From Spirochaetia bacterium (lineage in GTDB: Bacteria > Spirochaetota > Spirochaetia > SP-2023), in the NCBI GenBank assembly GCA_965225855.1, contig CBDDCK010000005.1, forward strand, positions 608,001 to 672,000: a stretch of DNA of 64,000 nt, in the 5' to 3' direction. The notes under the pieces are model-generated. The model did no database searches. It was not told the DNA's origin and saw only the letters and a program-made list of their open reading frames with translations. Positions 60,601 to 64,000 of this stretch are shown here, piece after piece; the stretch's first letter is position 1; each line of letters starts with the position of its first letter. The translations under genes were made by a program, and so were the position numbers.

Positions 60601-63600
60601 CATTTCGGTTTAATCCAACCAAGCAATCGCAGCAAAACTGCCAGGTTGCAGTTGCATACCTTTTTTCATTTCGGTTTAATAAAATAATCTTTACCCCAGC
60701 AACGAGTCTGGTTGCAGTTGCATACCTTTTTTCATTTCGGTTTAATGCATGGACAAGAGAATGCCGCAGAAACCTTGTTGCAGTTGCATACCTTTTTTCA
60801 TTTCGGTTTAATCCACAGAACAAAAACCTAAGACTTGGTTGGGTTGCAGTTGCATACCTTTTTTCATTTCGGTTTAATAGATATAAGATGCGGATTGCGC
60901 TTAGTCGCGTTGCAGTTGCATACCTTTTTTCATTTCGGTTTAATATTCCTGCCAAAATAGCGCCTATAGCCATAGTTGCAGTTGCATACCTTTTTTCATT
61001 TCGGTTTAATCATAACATGATCGATATGATGGCGCATTTTGTTGCAGTTGCATACCTTTTTTCATTTCGGTTTAATACTCTTAGGAATAGTATGAGAAGT
61101 CTGTAGGTTGCAGTTGCATACCTTTTTTCATTTCGGTTTAATTTTTTCTTCCGTGCTTATTAATATTTTATTGTTGCAGTTGCATACCTTTTTTCATTTC
61201 GGTTTAATATTTATGTTGCATATAACAACCTCCTATAAGTTGCAGTTGCATACCTTTTTTCATTTCGGTTTAATCTTCTCAGCCAATTCACGTTGATGAT
61301 TCTTGTTGCAGTTGCATACCTTTTTTCATTTCGGTTTAATACCATGACCGGCCATCGTGCCCTGCGGTGTGTTGCAGTTGCATACCTTTTTTCATTTCGG
61401 TTTAATCAGACCAAGCAGACCATCGGACTTAATCCTGTTGCAGTTGCATACCTTTTTTCATTTCGGTTTAATAAATAGATTCTGGTCTCTATAGAATTCC
61501 TTGTTGCAGTTGCATACCTTTTTTCATTTCGGTTTAATAATAGCCTGATCCAAAGGAAGATCACCTTCGTTGCAGTTGCATACCTTTTTTCATTTCGGTT
61601 TAATGAGACTACCGGCTTCATATTTGGGCTTTGAGTTGCAGTTGCATACCTTTTTTCATTTCGGTTTAATAAATAGATTCTGGTCTCTATAGAATTCCTT
61701 GTTGCAGTTGCATACCTTTTTTCATTTCGGTTTAATAATAGCCTGATCCAAAGGAAGATCACCTTCGTTGCAGTTGCATACCTTTTTTCATTTCGGTTTA
61801 ATGAGACTACCGGCTTCATATTTGGGCTTTGAGTTGCAGTTGCATACCTTTTTTCATTTCGGTTTAATATTTTCACAAAACCTTCACACTCACTCTCTGT
61901 TGCAGTTGCATACCTTTTTTCATTTCGGTTTAATAGTAAAATCATAAAGGATAAAGTAATATTAGTTGCAGTTGCATACCTTTTTTCATTTCGGTTTAAT
62001 ACCCCAACAACGAACCTGAAGATCGTAAGTGTTGCAGTTGCATACCTTTTTTCATTTCGGTTTAATCCTACAACCCTTCACAACTCACTCATAATCGTTG
62101 CAGTTGCATACCTTTTTTCATTTCGGTTTAATTTATACTGGCGCTAATGTTGGTGAGGATGTGTTGCAGTTGCATACCTTTTTTCATTTCGGTTTAATGA
62201 GACTACCGGATTCATATCTGGAGCTTGCGTTGCAGTTGCATACCTTTTTTCATTTCGGTTTAATAATTCTTAGATAATATCCATTTAGGGCTAAGTTGCA
62301 GTTGCATACCTTTTTTCATTTCGGTTTAATTAGTCATAAACAAACTTTCTAAAGAATATTGTTGCAGTTGCATACCTTTTTTCATTTCGGTTTAATTTTC
62401 TGGTGGTGTGGGCTCGGCAAAATCCAGTTGCAGTTGCATACCTTTTTTCATTTCGGTTTAATAATGATCAGCGCCCAACCAGATAACTTTGTGTTGCAGT
62501 TGCATACCTTTTTTCATTTCGGTTTAATTTTCTGGTGGTGTGGGCTCGGCAAAATCCAGTTGCAGTTGCATACCTTTTTTCATTTCGGTTTAATTTTGCT
62601 TTCTTGAATCTGCTTGTATTTTAGGTTGCAGTTGCATACCTTTTTTCATTTCGGTTTAATTTTGCTTTCTTGAATCTGCTTGTATTTTAGGTTGCAGTTG
62701 CATACCTTTTTTCATTTCGGTTTAATTCGGAAACAGTTATGCCAGTAGCATTGGAAGTTGCAGTTGCATACCTTTTTTCATTTCGGTTTAATACGATCAA
62801 CCTCGGCTTGAATCTGCTTGTATTTTAGGTTGCAGTTGCATACCTTTTTTCATTTCGGTTTAATCTACCCAAATGCCAATAATCATAAGTAGTAGTTGCA
62901 GTTGCATACCTTTTTTCATTTCGGTTTAATTCAGCTAGCAGAGATTCATGATACAGTTCTGTTGCAGTTGCATACCTTTTTTCATTTCGGTTTAATCGAT
63001 CATGTATTAAAGCAATCTTCTCACGGGTTGCAGTTGCATACCTTTTTTCATTTCGGTTTAATAGGTCACTAACGCGGCGCTGTACAGAAGTGTTGCAGTT
63101 GCATACCTTTTTTCATTTCGGTTTAATAATCCAAACCATCGTGGTAGATGGCGTAGCGTTGCAGTTGCATACCTTTTTTCATTTCGGTTTAATATGAAGG
63201 TTTATTTTGTGCCTTATGGGCTTGTTGCAGTTGCATACCTTTTTTCATTTCGGTTTAATCTCATTTCTCTCATCCTTCACAACCTTCCAGTTGCAGTTGC
63301 ATACCTTTTTTCATTTCGGTTTAATATCAAAAATAGTTTTTTGAAGAGATTTCTGGTTGCAGTTGCATACCTTTTTTCATTTCGGTTTAATTCGCTACCA
63401 ACAGAAAGACCATGACCGGCAGTTGCAGTTGCATACCTTTTTTCATTTCGGTTTAATAAAGGCTAGATTTTCTAAGGTTGGGCCTTTGTTGCAGTTGCAT
63501 ACCTTTTTTCATTTCGGTTTAATAAATTTTTATCAAAATAATGGCCACCTTGCGTTGCAGTTGCATACCTTTTTTCATTTCGGTTTAATAGGAAACTTCT

Positions 63601-64000
63601 TTCCTTGACAAGGCATATTGTTGCAGTTGCATACCTTTTTTCATTTCGGTTTAATACTTAGATTTTTAAGTGCTTCTACAGGTGTGTTGCAGTTGCATAC
63701 CTTTTTTCATTTCGGTTTAATCTATTGATTATGGGCCTGTTGGGCTCTTGGGTTGCAGTTGCATACCTTTTTTCATTTCGGTTTAATTAAAAAATCGTCA
63801 ATGTCGCTACTGTGTCGGTTGCAGTTGCATACCTTTTTTCATTTCGGTTTAATCTTAAATTTGTAACTTTTTTATAATTTTTGGTTGCAGTTGCATACCT
63901 TTTTTCATTTCGGTTTAATCTGCTTAATTTTTTAGCTTGGAGACTTGTGTTGCAGTTGCATACCTTTTTTCATTTCGGTTTAATTTTATCAACATCTCCA
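54644..64000 (+). CRISPR. Large CRISPR array, type II-C-like, about 142 repeats; runs off the window end
   Basis: Invariant 36-nt repeat GTTGCAGTTGCATACCTTTTTTCATTTCGGTTTAAT; spacers mostly 30 nt (range 28-36); 66-bp period; resembles the Neisseria II-C repeat GTTGTAGCTCCCTTTCTCATTTCGCAGTGCTACAAT. Subtype and strand are inferred; no cas genes in window. Confidence 0.98.

Noticed and set aside
54575..63608. Dozens of ORFs with VAVAYLFSFRFN, LQLHTFFHFGLI or LNRNEKRYATAT repeats
   Set aside because: Translations of the 66-bp CRISPR period; not genes
54644..64000. Type VI-B assignment (36-nt GTTG repeat, 30-nt spacers)
   Set aside because: The repeat lacks the terminal CAAC and end-to-end hairpin of VI-B and resembles II-C; cas genes are needed to settle it

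Overview
Chromosomal segment of a bacterium that is probably a spirochaete. This is inferred from the flgN-flgK-flgL-fliW-csrA operon, the short rod-binding FlgJ, the divergent ParE type and the many lipoproteins. Bases 1-53 kb are mostly housekeeping and envelope genes (aroC, parE, efp, argC, pepN, pta, phosphoglucomutase, coaD, ruvB, thrH, ppdK), plus two repetitive surface lipoproteins. From 54644 to the window end lies a very large CRISPR array: about 142 identical 36-nt repeats with mostly 30-nt spacers, type II-C-like, and no cas genes in view. The most notable signals are in and beside the array. (1) A detached, degenerate repeat sits about 920 bp upstream, so a complete outer-membrane-protein-like gene occupies a spacer position. 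(2) Many spacers, read antisense, translate to Microviridae capsid and Rep motifs, including synonymous variants of the same target site. (3) One tandemly duplicated spacer contains the Cas12a (type V-A) repeat handle. (4) One spacer matches a chromosomal lipoprotein gene in this window at 28/30 nt, at two sites. (5) Spacer blocks are extensively duplicated and one spacer is chimeric. All assignments come from motif recognition by eye; no searches were run.
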